Virus record (IMG/VR): IMGVR_UViG_3300027730_000005
Length of the DNA stretch: 64,000 bases
Source: a virus
Taxonomy: Duplodnaviria > Caudoviricetes
Reading direction: 5' to 3' (one strand)
Every line of letters starts with the position of its first letter. The stretch's first letter is position 1. This document shows, piece by piece, positions 48,151 through 57,364 of the stretch. The translations under genes and the position numbers were made by a program. The notes below the pieces were generated by a model. That model had not been told where the DNA came from. It searched no databases and was given only the letters and a program-made list of their open reading frames with translations.

Positions 48151-49104
48151 TTATTTAGCAATAGAATCATCCTCATCTAGTACTTCTATCCAAGTATCCG
48201 GAGTTACACAGCAAGACCTTAAATCTCCAAACCACTTCTTTAAAAATGGTATCATGCCGGTATGCATGATCTCACCACCGCGGATGGGTGAGCCTAGTGG
48301 TCGTAGTCGTCCAATCTCTAACCCAATGCCAGCACGTTTGCTGGCATACTTGGCCATCATTTCCCCACTAGCGAATATACTATCGAGATCATCATCGCTG
48401 CGAATAAGAACGCAGCTAGAGAATTGTTTAGTAGGAGTTCCAAGACCAGCGAGAACAGGAGTAGCAAGAGTAAATAAGCCATCACTTGCAGCATTGTAAT
48501 ATTCCTTTATATAGCGCATTCTTGCTGAGTTTGGTTCTTCCGAGTGAAAAACTGTAGCCGCTGCAACCATGTAACGAACTTGGGGAGTTTCATAAGTTTC
48601 CTTTGTGGCACGATTCTTCACAAGATATTTTTCAATCAATTGCTCGATAGCGGCATAGCCATATTGTTCGTCCTTGGAATGATCTATCATGTCCTGCATA
48701 CGGTTCCAATCAGATTCGTCGTACCATTCCAATAGTTCAGGAGTGTACAAGCCCGTGGCTACGTTTTTCTTTACAATCTCATACAAGTGGGGAGGCTCAT
48801 AAGAGCCATATACATCTTTTCTCAACATGCTAAGACGTTGCTTACCTGCCACATATTGATAGTTAGTGTGCCCAACATCTGGATTATGTTCTATATCGAT
48901 CAAGTCCACAATGGCTCGTAGTGTGATACCATCAATTTCTTTGGTAGTGATGCCATCATAAAAGTGCATCTGGGCTTTGATTTCTACCATGCTTTGACTT
49001 ACATCTGCAATGCCTGCACATACTTTGGCAATTTGGGTTTGCCACTTTTCTAGGCTTAATTGTTCTTTTCTTCCGTTACGTTTAATAACTGTGATTTGTG
49101 TCAT
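48151..49104 (-). CDS. nrdA: N-terminal part of ribonucleotide reductase alpha subunit fused to a 19-aa N-intein
   Basis: ATP cone (VIKRNGRKE), ETPQ, LATPVLAG, FSSC, KRAGIG, FGDLRSC, then CVTPDTWIEVLDEDDSIAK-stop. Confidence 0.95.
   Translation of the reverse strand: MTQITVIKRNGRKEQLSLEKWQTQIAKVCAGIADVSQSMVEIKAQMHFYDGITTKEIDGITLRAIVDLIDIEHNPDVGHTNYQYVAGKQRLSMLRKDVYGSYEPPHLYEIVKKNVATGLYTPELLEWYDESDWNRMQDMIDHSKDEQYGYAAIEQLIEKYLVKNRATKETYETPQVRYMVAAATVFHSEEPNSARMRYIKEYYNAASDGLFTLATPVLAGLGTPTKQFSSCVLIRSDDDLDSIFASGEMMAKYASKRAGIGLEIGRLRPLGSPIRGGEIMHTGMIPFLKKWFGDLRSCCVTPDTWIEVLDEDDSIAK
48154..48210 (-). other. N-terminal fragment of split intein (IntN, 19 aa)
   Basis: Block A CVTPDTWIEV starts exactly where the extein RSC should continue as SQGG. 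Confidence 0.9.
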
Positions 49105-49108
49105 ATAC

Positions 49109-49531
49109 TCAATATAGTTGTTGTTTTACATCGCTCTGCGTGATGTGATGTCTATTCTGCTGTAGGTTGATATTTAACCCTGGAGACTGGTCCCAATTCA
49201 ATATATATTTCCCATTCTCTACTAGGACTAAATTGCCCCGATCTGATTCGATCAGCATAGCGTCTTGAAGATCGTAACGATCCAGCACAGTAATAGTATA
49301 CAGGATTCCTAGCCCGCGAGCAAGATCACAATAGATGTTGTCGCTCAAAAGTTGCCAGGGATCTGGCCAATCCGCTTGATCGTCCCAGTGTAAATGATAA
49401 GCTCGCCAGGGAGTTTGTTGCCACCAGGAATTGATCTCCTCTAGGGCATCCGGCTTAGGCAGTGTGCAAACGCGATTTCGTAAAACGTTCCACGCTGCCA
49501 AACGTTGTTCAAAGGTTGAACACCACATCAA
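49109..49531 (-). CDS. conserved hypothetical phage protein
   Basis: 140-aa ORF; WPDPWQLL...YC motif. Confidence 0.65.
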   Translation of the reverse strand: MMWCSTFEQRLAAWNVLRNRVCTLPKPDALEEINSWWQQTPWRAYHLHWDDQADWPDPWQLLSDNIYCDLARGLGILYTITVLDRYDLQDAMLIESDRGNLVLVENGKYILNWDQSPGLNINLQQNRHHITQSDVKQQLY

Positions 49532-51114
49532 GCAAGTTTGGTTACCGAATAGTTAATAGTGGCTCCAATACCAGTGTTAGTGGTAGTGGCTTTCCAAGTT
49601 ACAATACCAGCAGTTTCACTCACAGCAAACGCAACACCAGTGGATGCATTTTGCACACCTGCATCGGATCCTTGTATATTTGTACCAGCATTGTCTGTTC
49701 CAGCCACAATGGTATACACACCAGTTCTGGTATTAACATCTCGAACAATAGTATAGTCAATCTGTACTGCTCTGATTGCTGTGGAATTAAATGTCAAAAT
49801 GGTTTGATCGGCTGTGTTGTTAAGCAATGATCCAGTAGCACCAGTTTGTCGCAAATACGTACCTTGTTGTAGTTGACTGGCTGAATCAAATGCTATGTTG
49901 ATACCGTTATTGACGTCGATGCGAGGATAAGTGCCAGCATAAACTGTGGTACGTTGAAACATGTCTCCGACGCTGACATTGTTTTGTCCTATGAAATTAA
50001 TAACTGATGTTGCCGGCGATGTGGTTCCATTAAAGTGATTGCCCACATCATAAAACGTGTTATAACCACTGGCATTCATTCCAGTACCAGCAGCAATTAT
50101 AATACCTTCAGCATAGATGTTATCGAATACATTGCCTAAGAAACGGAATCCAGTAGGGCCGCCATTTACTGGAGAAGGATTGCCTAACGACACACCTTGA
50201 TAGTGTGTATCAAATGTACTTTCTGTAACCAATACACCTTGCACTTGATTGGGGGTCTCAAATGCCCAGGTGGTACCACCAAATGTACATCGACGGAAAG
50301 TGATGTTATTACAGACTAAACTTGCAGTGGAACTAAAATGTACACATGCTGTGCTATCAATTGCAGTTGTTAGATCAGGTTGGCCAAGTGATCCTGAAAA
50401 ACTCACATCTGTGAATGTACACTGTTCGGCATCTTCAACCAGGAATATATCTGCTAGGCCATCGGCTTCAAATCCCATATTGGATATTGAAATATCAACT
50501 GGAGGTGTGGCGCCATTGTTACCAATATTTACTCCAGTTTGCTGCAAGCTGTCACTGTACACAGCCACAAACTGACTGGCACTGCTTGCATCTAATACAA
50601 TAACACTGGAGTTGATCCCTTCACCGCACAACAATGCATAAGGTGGAATTTCAATTGAGCTAGTGACCAAGTAGCGACCAGCTGGGAAAAATAACGATCT
50701 ACGTATTTGTGGATTTGATTCTCTACAATACAGTTGAAACAATGCACGATTGATAGCGTCAGTGTCATCAGTTACGCCATCGCCCACAGCACCAAAATTC
50801 AGTACACTGGCAAATTGGTCTAGCCAGCTTTGCAGTGGAATACTAATTGGACTACCTGACGACGATCCTGTTTGTACTGTATATCCAGCTGCTGTACCTT
50901 GGTAAGTGTATGCTCCGCCTACTAGCAATATGTCACTGTATTCAGTGAGAATTTCTGTATTGCCTATTACAGGTGCACCATCTTGCAAGGTTCCATTGCC
51001 GATGTATAATCGACGTTCGTCGATTGCCCAGCCTAATTCTGCGCCAGCTAGTTGTGGCAGATTTTCTGCTAGACCTTTACGATTTGTTATTCGTGATACT
51101 TGAACTATTGCCAT
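49528..51114 (-). CDS. tail fibre/spike-type virion protein: Mtd-N-like N-terminus plus pectate-lyase-like beta-helix
   Basis: LPQLAGAELGWAIDERRLYIGNG; VLNFGAVGDGVTDDTDAINRA, LFFPAGRYLVT. Confidence 0.75.
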   Translation of the reverse strand: MAIVQVSRITNRKGLAENLPQLAGAELGWAIDERRLYIGNGTLQDGAPVIGNTEILTEYSDILLVGGAYTYQGTAAGYTVQTGSSSGSPISIPLQSWLDQFASVLNFGAVGDGVTDDTDAINRALFQLYCRESNPQIRRSLFFPAGRYLVTSSIEIPPYALLCGEGINSSVIVLDASSASQFVAVYSDSLQQTGVNIGNNGATPPVDISISNMGFEADGLADIFLVEDAEQCTFTDVSFSGSLGQPDLTTAIDSTACVHFSSTASLVCNNITFRRCTFGGTTWAFETPNQVQGVLVTESTFDTHYQGVSLGNPSPVNGGPTGFRFLGNVFDNIYAEGIIIAAGTGMNASGYNTFYDVGNHFNGTTSPATSVINFIGQNNVSVGDMFQRTTVYAGTYPRIDVNNGINIAFDSASQLQQGTYLRQTGATGSLLNNTADQTILTFNSTAIRAVQIDYTIVRDVNTRTGVYTIVAGTDNAGTNIQGSDAGVQNASTGVAFAVSETAGIVTWKATTTNTGIGATINYSVTKLA

Positions 51115-51160
51115 GTGAGTCCTGATTCTGTGCTGTATTTAGCCAGAATCCGTCGAGCAA

Positions 51161-51877
51161 CTAAATGTGTTTGGTATAGTATTCTTCTACCTTGCGCCAC
51201 CATAAGTTACAATAACGATCGTATTCAGCACCTTCCAATACAAATTCTTGATATTGAGGTGGGCTTATAATATTGTGATTGGCGTCAAGATCAGGTTTCA
51301 CACACATGAGAATCACTCCCTTGCGTATTTTTGTACCATGCAATTCATTGTGAGCTTCTGCATAAGCACATAATTGAACAAAGTAATCATCAATCCATTC
51401 ACGCTTTTTTGGCTTGTTGGATTGTTTGTAATCCAAAATACTTTCTTCATTCAAGTGCAACCCTGCACCATCAGTGGTACCTGCATATATCTTAGGGAAA
51501 TATAATGGTACTTCAATACCCCAGAATTCATTTACATTTTTCAATCCATCACGTATTACAGTCTTGGCCATTTCGTGACTGCTCCAGGAAAATGGATTTG
51601 TGCCACGTTCTTTAATTGAGCCTTTTTTCACATAGTCTTCAAGGTACGTGTGCATACGTGTGCCGCGATTGGCGGCTTCAGTGGTAATCTGTTGTGCCTT
51701 TTCTGCACCTACTGCACGCCGCCAATTGTGCAATGCAGCCTTGCTTTCTTCGCTTTTGGTCTTGTCAAGAATGGTAGTCACCGATGGCAACTTGTTTCCA
51801 TCTGGTGTGGCATAAAAACGTTTGCCTTCTATTGTGACTCTAGGAATCTCTTGGTAATCAAATTTTGGATTGTACAA
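51161..51877 (-). CDS. PD-(D/E)XK exonuclease (Cas4-like phage exonuclease)
   Basis: LPSVTTIL, RGTRMH, EVPL, YAGTTD, LDYK, QLCAYA; probable TTG start. Confidence 0.85.
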   Translation of the reverse strand: MYNPKFDYQEIPRVTIEGKRFYATPDGNKLPSVTTILDKTKSEESKAALHNWRRAVGAEKAQQITTEAANRGTRMHTYLEDYVKKGSIKERGTNPFSWSSHEMAKTVIRDGLKNVNEFWGIEVPLYFPKIYAGTTDGAGLHLNEESILDYKQSNKPKKREWIDDYFVQLCAYAEAHNELHGTKIRKGVILMCVKPDLDANHNIISPPQYQEFVLEGAEYDRYCNLWWRKVEEYYTKHI

Positions 51878-51878
51878 A

Positions 51879-52199
51879 TTAAACTCTAAAACTTTCTCCA
51901 CATCCGCAGCGGTCACGTTCGTTAGGATTGCTGAACTGAAATCCTTCGTTGAGCCCTTGTCTAGTGTAGTCTACTTCAAGACCTTGCAGATATGCACCGC
52001 TTTTGGGATCAACAAATAATTTACATTTGTTGGAATCAATACATATATCGTCCGGTTGCACAGTGTCTACATATTCTAACACATAAGCAAGCCCAGAGCA
52101 ACCTGTTGTTTTGACTCCCACACGAATACCAATTCCGTGTCCTCGACGTTGAATGGTTTGAGTTATTTTTCGAGCAGCAGTTTCAGTTATTGTTATCAT
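51879..52199 (-). CDS. iscA: Fe-S cluster A-type carrier IscA
   Basis: GCSGLAY, NPN...CGCGESF. Confidence 0.95.
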   Translation of the reverse strand: MITITETAARKITQTIQRRGHGIGIRVGVKTTGCSGLAYVLEYVDTVQPDDICIDSNKCKLFVDPKSGAYLQGLEVDYTRQGLNEGFQFSNPNERDRCGCGESFRV

Positions 52200-53446
52200 T
52201 TGATATGTTGATAGTAAGAGTTTTTATCTTCGTCTGACAGCAGATCCCATAATTTTTTATTGTTAAAACTCAGATCAGTCTTGGTTAGATTATCCCATTT
52301 TGCAGTAGTTGATATGTAAGTATCCCAATCGATCTCTGAAAAAGTATCACTAGTTAATTGATCTAAGAGAGATTGTATGCTTTTTTTAAAAACTTGATTC
52401 CTATTGAATAACGAATGCCCTTGTAATAATATCTCCTGAATCTGTACTGCTAATTTTTTCCGCAGATACAATGGCAGGGCTAACAATGACAAATGATCAC
52501 ATTCTGACAGCGAGTTGTCAAATATTTTAATATCACGCCCGGAGATATTAAACTTCCCAAAATAATCTAAAAATTCTTTAAGATAGGCTATATTGTTAAT
52601 ATAAAAAGTTGGAGTGATGTGCAAATTAACATTCGAATATGTTTCCGCTAACAATTTAAATTTTTGCAAATTATTGTGTATCTTTTCAAATTTCACTGGA
52701 TATCTTACATATACAAAGTTATCATCATCAGTTGAATCAACACTTATAGCAAACGATAAACTTTTAAAATTATTAGGCCATTTGTTAAAAATTTCTTCAA
52801 GAAACACTGATCCATTTGTGCCTATTTGCAAATTAATCTTGTTGCTGAGCTTTTCTTCTTGTAACCAGTCGGTTAGCATGTACAGGTCTGATTGGATAGT
52901 TCCTTCACCGCCCATAATGATTAATTTAAAATCTTCGTGCTGGTTGCTTATTTCTCTTATGTTAGTTTTTAATGTTTCAAAATACATTGGATCATTACCA
53001 ATGGATTTAGGTACCGTTTGGTTGGTGTTCCATATTGAATCATATAAGCTACTGGTATTAGCATTACATATTCTACAGGCCATATTGCATTTGTTACTAA
53101 ATGTAACAAACATAAGAAAGTTATCAATTTTTTTAGTTGTTAAAAATTTATTCAACTCTCGAGGACTTAAAGAAGCTAACGCCCGTTGTCTACCGCTAAA
53201 CTGATTGTTAGTTTCTTTTTTATGACATAAATGACAATTTTTATCAATCTTCCTTGATTCAATATGTTGTTTGACTTCGGCGATAGGGTTATCACCAGCG
53301 GATCGATACCAGCAACAAGGATCTTGTTTAATCGAACTAAAGTGAACACCTAAATTAGAATATGGTATTACACATATATGTTGATTGTCCATTGACCATT
53401 GATTAAACTCCACGCTGTAGTCAAATGTTGTACTATGCGGAATCAT
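52196..53446 (-). CDS. radical SAM protein with N-terminal Twitch-like Cys cluster
   Basis: CNMACRIC, MGGEG, GTNGS, SVDS; N-terminal CVIPY...PCC...CHLC; AT-rich. Confidence 0.85.
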   Translation of the reverse strand: MIPHSTTFDYSVEFNQWSMDNQHICVIPYSNLGVHFSSIKQDPCCWYRSAGDNPIAEVKQHIESRKIDKNCHLCHKKETNNQFSGRQRALASLSPRELNKFLTTKKIDNFLMFVTFSNKCNMACRICNANTSSLYDSIWNTNQTVPKSIGNDPMYFETLKTNIREISNQHEDFKLIIMGGEGTIQSDLYMLTDWLQEEKLSNKINLQIGTNGSVFLEEIFNKWPNNFKSLSFAISVDSTDDDNFVYVRYPVKFEKIHNNLQKFKLLAETYSNVNLHITPTFYINNIAYLKEFLDYFGKFNISGRDIKIFDNSLSECDHLSLLALPLYLRKKLAVQIQEILLQGHSLFNRNQVFKKSIQSLLDQLTSDTFSEIDWDTYISTTAKWDNLTKTDLSFNNKKLWDLLSDEDKNSYYQHIK

Positions 53447-53821
53447 TTAATGCTTGCTCTTGTAATCAATTATTGCTGCTTTGATCGCATCTTCTGCAAG
53501 TATTGAACAATGAATTTTAACTGGGGGGAGGGCAAGCTCGCCAGCAATCTCGCTATTCGTAATCTCTGCCGCTTGGGCAAGTGTCCGTCCTTTGACCCAT
53601 TCAGTAACCAGCGAACTCGACGCAATCGCGCTTCCGCAACCATACGTTTTAAATCTTGCATCTGTGATAATTCCATCAGTTACTTTTATGCTCAATTGCA
53701 AAACATCACCGCAACTTGGTGCTCCAACGAGTCCTATCCCGACTCCCTCTTCGTCTTTTTTATAAGATCCAACATTTCTTGGATTATTATAATGATCGAG
53801 AACAGCTTCACTATACGCCAT
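53447..53821 (-). CDS. iscU: Fe-S cluster scaffold IscU
   Basis: HYNNPRNVG, APSCGDV, KTYGCGSA, LPPVKIHCS. Confidence 0.96.
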   Translation of the reverse strand: MAYSEAVLDHYNNPRNVGSYKKDEEGVGIGLVGAPSCGDVLQLSIKVTDGIITDARFKTYGCGSAIASSSLVTEWVKGRTLAQAAEITNSEIAGELALPPVKIHCSILAEDAIKAAIIDYKSKH

Positions 53822-54407
53822 ACTTATCTCCTATTATAGATTTTACTACATCGTCTGATTGAAAATAATCCCATTTGGATCTATTCTCTTCTCCTAGTAT
53901 ATACCTTAAATTTTTCCTTCCTCCAATTACGGTAGGATCTATACCTAATGTGTATCCTTGCCTGTAAGGAATGATATGATCAAGTTGATAATCAGTTTTC
54001 CTTTTTCCAGTTATTTTAGCTGTTCCTTCTTTTTTCATAGCATACACAGTTCTATAAGTTGCTTTCTGGCATTCTCTTTTGTATGCAGTGAAATTATCAT
54101 CTACATAGTTTTTAGGTCTGAGATTATTCAGTTTACCATTTTTGTTAGGATTATCAATTAACCACTTTTCTCGTTGTCTTTCATTTGGAATACCTTTGTT
54201 CCACCCATGTCCTTTAGCAAGCCCCGATGTGTTTTGTTTTGCTTTTTGGTCATCATTGAGTTTAACACCCTTATTCCATGGAATGTGGCCTGGTCTGTTA
54301 TGTGGATTTTTACACGGTTGAGAACAATATTCAAGTAACCGCGGCTTAGTAATAAATTTGTTACCGCAGAATAAACATATTTTTTGTATACCATACTTGT
54401 TTTTCAT
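53811..54407 (-). mobile_element. HNH homing endonuclease with NUMOD3-like repeats
   Basis: N-terminal CLFC...YCSQPC, PWNKG/GWNKG repeats, YQLDHIIP...NL...EENRSK. Confidence 0.75.
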
Positions 54408-54444
54408 ACAAGTATTTATGATAGGCGCACCAGTCTGTGCAGGG

Positions 54445-54792
54445 TTAAACGCTGCGATCTTTTTTCATTGCGGATTGTGCGGCTTGTGCTACAATATCTT
54501 GTGCTTGATTAACTGGCATGGTGACTGGTCCAGGCTTATCGCCACCTTTGAATATTAGTTCTGTAGCGTCGGGACTCATTGGCTCAATCAAACCACTCAA
54601 TGGAGGTTGTCCAATTAAGGTTTGCAAAGTGTCGGGAGTGATATCTACGCCCATACTTTGTGCTCGATTGATAAATGCCTGCACTGGCATTTGCATCTTG
54701 GCAGAAGTGTCTTGTGCTCTACCCACAGCAAACTTGGCCAAGGCCATGAGTTTGTCTGCGGTAGCATCTGCTTCTACTTCGTTGATTCGCAT
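54445..54792 (-). CDS. hypothetical late protein
   Basis: 115-aa ORF, TAATG-coupled to the upstream gene. Confidence 0.65.
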   Translation of the reverse strand: MRINEVEADATADKLMALAKFAVGRAQDTSAKMQMPVQAFINRAQSMGVDITPDTLQTLIGQPPLSGLIEPMSPDATELIFKGGDKPGPVTMPVNQAQDIVAQAAQSAMKKDRSV

Positions 54793-55691
54793 TATCTGCG
54801 CTCGCGTCCTAGTGCTGCGGCCGGTGCGGCTGCACCTGGTTCAACGGCTGCTATTTCAATTTCTTCTTCGCCTGGCGCAGGACCTGCTAGTCCCATATCT
54901 CCTTCTGGAGGGGACATACCTGCATCGGCTCCTGGCATTTCTACAGGACCTTGCCCAGTTACAACACCCAATGCTTGTTCTAGCTGTTGCTTGCTGCTTT
55001 GCAAATTCTGCACTAGACCACTCAATGCCGCTTGTGCATCACTGTTAAACTGTGCAGCTTGGTTAGCCCCAATTTGATTCTTGATCGAATCCACTAATGC
55101 TGGCAATTCTTTGAATTGCATCTCGGTGCTGTCTTCAATCATGTCTTGCAGTTTGTCAACCATATCTTGTGCGGCCAATACAACTTGAGCTTGTTGCACT
55201 TCACTTTCGCTGAGATAGTAACCGTAGCCTTGCGCACGTAATCGAAGTTTGGTTTCTTGTACCGAAGTAGTGGTGTTAATACTGTTGAGTTCGTTCTGCT
55301 TATCAGTTACTTGTTTTTTCAAATCGTCAAGTTCTTGTTGCACCTGCTTTTTTTGATCCATCTTTTGCTTCACAGCCATAGCAGCGGCCTGTTGAGGATT
55401 TACACCAGGAGCTGCTCCTGGTGCAGTAGTTGCGACCATTTCGGCTTCGTAGATCTTTTCAGCTAATGCTTGTTCCATCATCATGAGCTTGAGATAAGCT
55501 GGATTCTTTTGGCTGGTATGACGAGCAGAACTGCTGCGCACTTCACTTAACACACCTCGTACCTGGCGATACATGTTATGCAGTTGTTTGCGATTCAAAG
55601 TATCAAAGTTGACCGATTGATCAAAATGACTTTCAAATACTTTAGAGATTTGTCGTGTAGGGCGTGTTACGGCCAATTCGTTTAGTTTCAT
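54792..55691 (-). CDS. hypothetical late/virion-associated coiled-coil protein
   Basis: 299 aa; GAGGA SD and TAAATA upstream; acidic/Pro-rich tail ending LGRERR. Confidence 0.7.
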   Translation of the reverse strand: MKLNELAVTRPTRQISKVFESHFDQSVNFDTLNRKQLHNMYRQVRGVLSEVRSSSARHTSQKNPAYLKLMMMEQALAEKIYEAEMVATTAPGAAPGVNPQQAAAMAVKQKMDQKKQVQQELDDLKKQVTDKQNELNSINTTTSVQETKLRLRAQGYGYYLSESEVQQAQVVLAAQDMVDKLQDMIEDSTEMQFKELPALVDSIKNQIGANQAAQFNSDAQAALSGLVQNLQSSKQQLEQALGVVTGQGPVEMPGADAGMSPPEGDMGLAGPAPGEEEIEIAAVEPGAAAPAAALGRERR

Positions 55692-56133
55692 TTGAGTTTC
55701 CTCGTAGTTGCCAGTATTTAGCCAAATTTATACATTTTGCTAGTTCTTTTTCTAGGACCTGAGTATATTCTTGCCTAGCACTTGTTTTATTAATCAAGTT
55801 TTCCCATGTGTTTCCGGCTGTGCGATCAGCCAATGCACGACGTACATATATGTCATTGCGCAATCTAACGACAGATTGATCTAATTCTTTTATTTGTCTA
55901 GCCAAGTTGAAATGATGTAGATTATCTGCTATGCACCAAGCCAATGCAGATTTGGTAGCAGAAAATGTGCCAATCTCATCATCACGCTGACAAACTTGAA
56001 ATCCTGCAGGTACAGGGTATATGGTGTATTTGCCAAATACTCGATACTTCTTGCCATCTTCTATAATTACTTTGTTTAAAAGCAGCGGCAACTCTTGTTC
56101 TGCTAATGCAGCCAATTTACGACTGGCTTTCAT
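55642..56133 (-). CDS. hypothetical protein
   Basis: Start moved to MKASRK (ATGA overlap). Confidence 0.6.
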   Translation of the reverse strand: MKASRKLAALAEQELPLLLNKVIIEDGKKYRVFGKYTIYPVPAGFQVCQRDDEIGTFSATKSALAWCIADNLHHFNLARQIKELDQSVVRLRNDIYVRRALADRTAGNTWENLINKTSARQEYTQVLEKELAKCINLAKYWQLRGNSNETKRIGRNTPYTTNL

Positions 56134-56390
56134 TTGAATACGTAGTTTGTTAGCATCCAACCCACAGTGGCCACAAGGAATCCAATTATAGCTATTCCCC
56201 ACCCAACGAGTTGATCATTACGTTTGGCTGACATGGTATGCACCATTTCATGCACTGACTCTACCATGACTTTTACCGATTCGATTCCTGATTCAACAGT
56301 TTGAATTTTGAGTTCTAGCATGCGATAACGTTCGGCACAAAGCTCAACGTGCGCCTCTAAACTTTTCTTCTCGATGTCTGTGGTGTCCAT
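56130..56390 (-). CDS. coiled-coil protein with C-terminal TM helix
   Basis: SLEAHVELCAERY coiled coil, terminal hydrophobic helix; TAAATA-N4-ATG. Confidence 0.65.
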   Translation of the reverse strand: MDTTDIEKKSLEAHVELCAERYRMLELKIQTVESGIESVKVMVESVHEMVHTMSAKRNDQLVGWGIAIIGFLVATVGWMLTNYVFK

Positions 56391-56393
56391 GAG

Positions 56394-56804
56394 TTATTTA
56401 TGGTTCAACGGTTCAAACCAGATGTTAACATCTGGACGTAGTAATGTAGTCAATTGTTGCTCAACATAGTTAATGATAGGTACACCATCGCAGGCTTGTC
56501 GTAATCTTCCCACAGGATCATTTTCCACTGCAAACACATCATCAAATTCTGTATCAAACTCAAATTGCCAACGTTGGTCTTTGATTCTCACACGAGACAC
56601 TCGTACTGGTTGTGTGTAAAGACCAATCAACTGCATGATAGTTTCCCAGTTGCGTTGTTGGTTACGACTGCGAACCCATGTGGATACGTCAGTTACTTGC
56701 TGCCCCAGCTGATCCGTAAACGGCAGCAAATTTTCTCTTAGATGTCCGGTAACTCCAGTGGGTCTGCAATCAAAGTCAGTGGTTATTTGTATACTCAATG
56801 TCAT
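56394..56804 (-). CDS. hypothetical protein
   Basis: 136 aa; TAAATA-N4-ATG. Confidence 0.65.
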   Translation of the reverse strand: MTLSIQITTDFDCRPTGVTGHLRENLLPFTDQLGQQVTDVSTWVRSRNQQRNWETIMQLIGLYTQPVRVSRVRIKDQRWQFEFDTEFDDVFAVENDPVGRLRQACDGVPIINYVEQQLTTLLRPDVNIWFEPLNHK

Positions 56805-56820
56805 ATGGTATTTACGACCA

Positions 56821-56849
56821 AAAAAAAGCCCTGGAAATAAACCAGGGCC
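56821..56849 (-). terminator. intrinsic terminator
   Basis: GCCCTGG-TTTATTT-CCAGGGC followed by a T run on the minus strand. Confidence 0.75.
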
Positions 56850-56872
56850 TTGATTTTTGCTACCGCTTAGAA

Positions 56873-57304
56873 TTAAGTCGGAGCAAAGTTGGTTGCGCTT
56901 GTGACAAACACAGCATTACCTGCGCATGAGCTCAATTCCAGGTTCTGACCACCTGAAGCCACAGTAGCACTGGTATTAGCAGTAGCTAGCAATGTGACGT
57001 TGGTGTAAGCACCTGTGGGATACACAGCCAAGTTCAACACTGTAGGTGCTGCTGGGCTAACTTGATACATGGCCACTGTGGCTTTGGTCTGAATAGCTTG
57101 CATCAGGTTGTTGATGTAGCCATTGACGTTACCGGATGTGGTCAATGAACCATTGGCTACCAAGCTGAAAAAGTCCAGCTTAGGGCCTTGGAAGTTAACT
57201 GAGCCTGTGGCTGCAATGTTAGCTGTACCTTGAATGTTACCATTCGCAGTGTCCATGTGGAATACTGGTTGTGTAGTTCCGTTTACTCTTGTAAATACTG
57301 CCAT
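56873..57304 (-). CDS. probable abundant virion structural protein
   Basis: A/T/N/G-rich 143 aa with its own ATAAATA motif, AGGAG SD and terminator. Confidence 0.6.
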   Translation of the reverse strand: MAVFTRVNGTTQPVFHMDTANGNIQGTANIAATGSVNFQGPKLDFFSLVANGSLTTSGNVNGYINNLMQAIQTKATVAMYQVSPAAPTVLNLAVYPTGAYTNVTLLATANTSATVASGGQNLELSSCAGNAVFVTSATNFAPT

Positions 57305-57364
57305 TTTAAAATCTCCTAGTTAGTGGGTTTTTGCCCTACACTTATTTATGAATTTGGCAAAAAA

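Noticed and set aside
51161-51877. cas4 gene implying a CRISPR system
   Set aside because: It is a stand-alone PD-(D/E)XK phage exonuclease with no cas1/cas2 or array nearby
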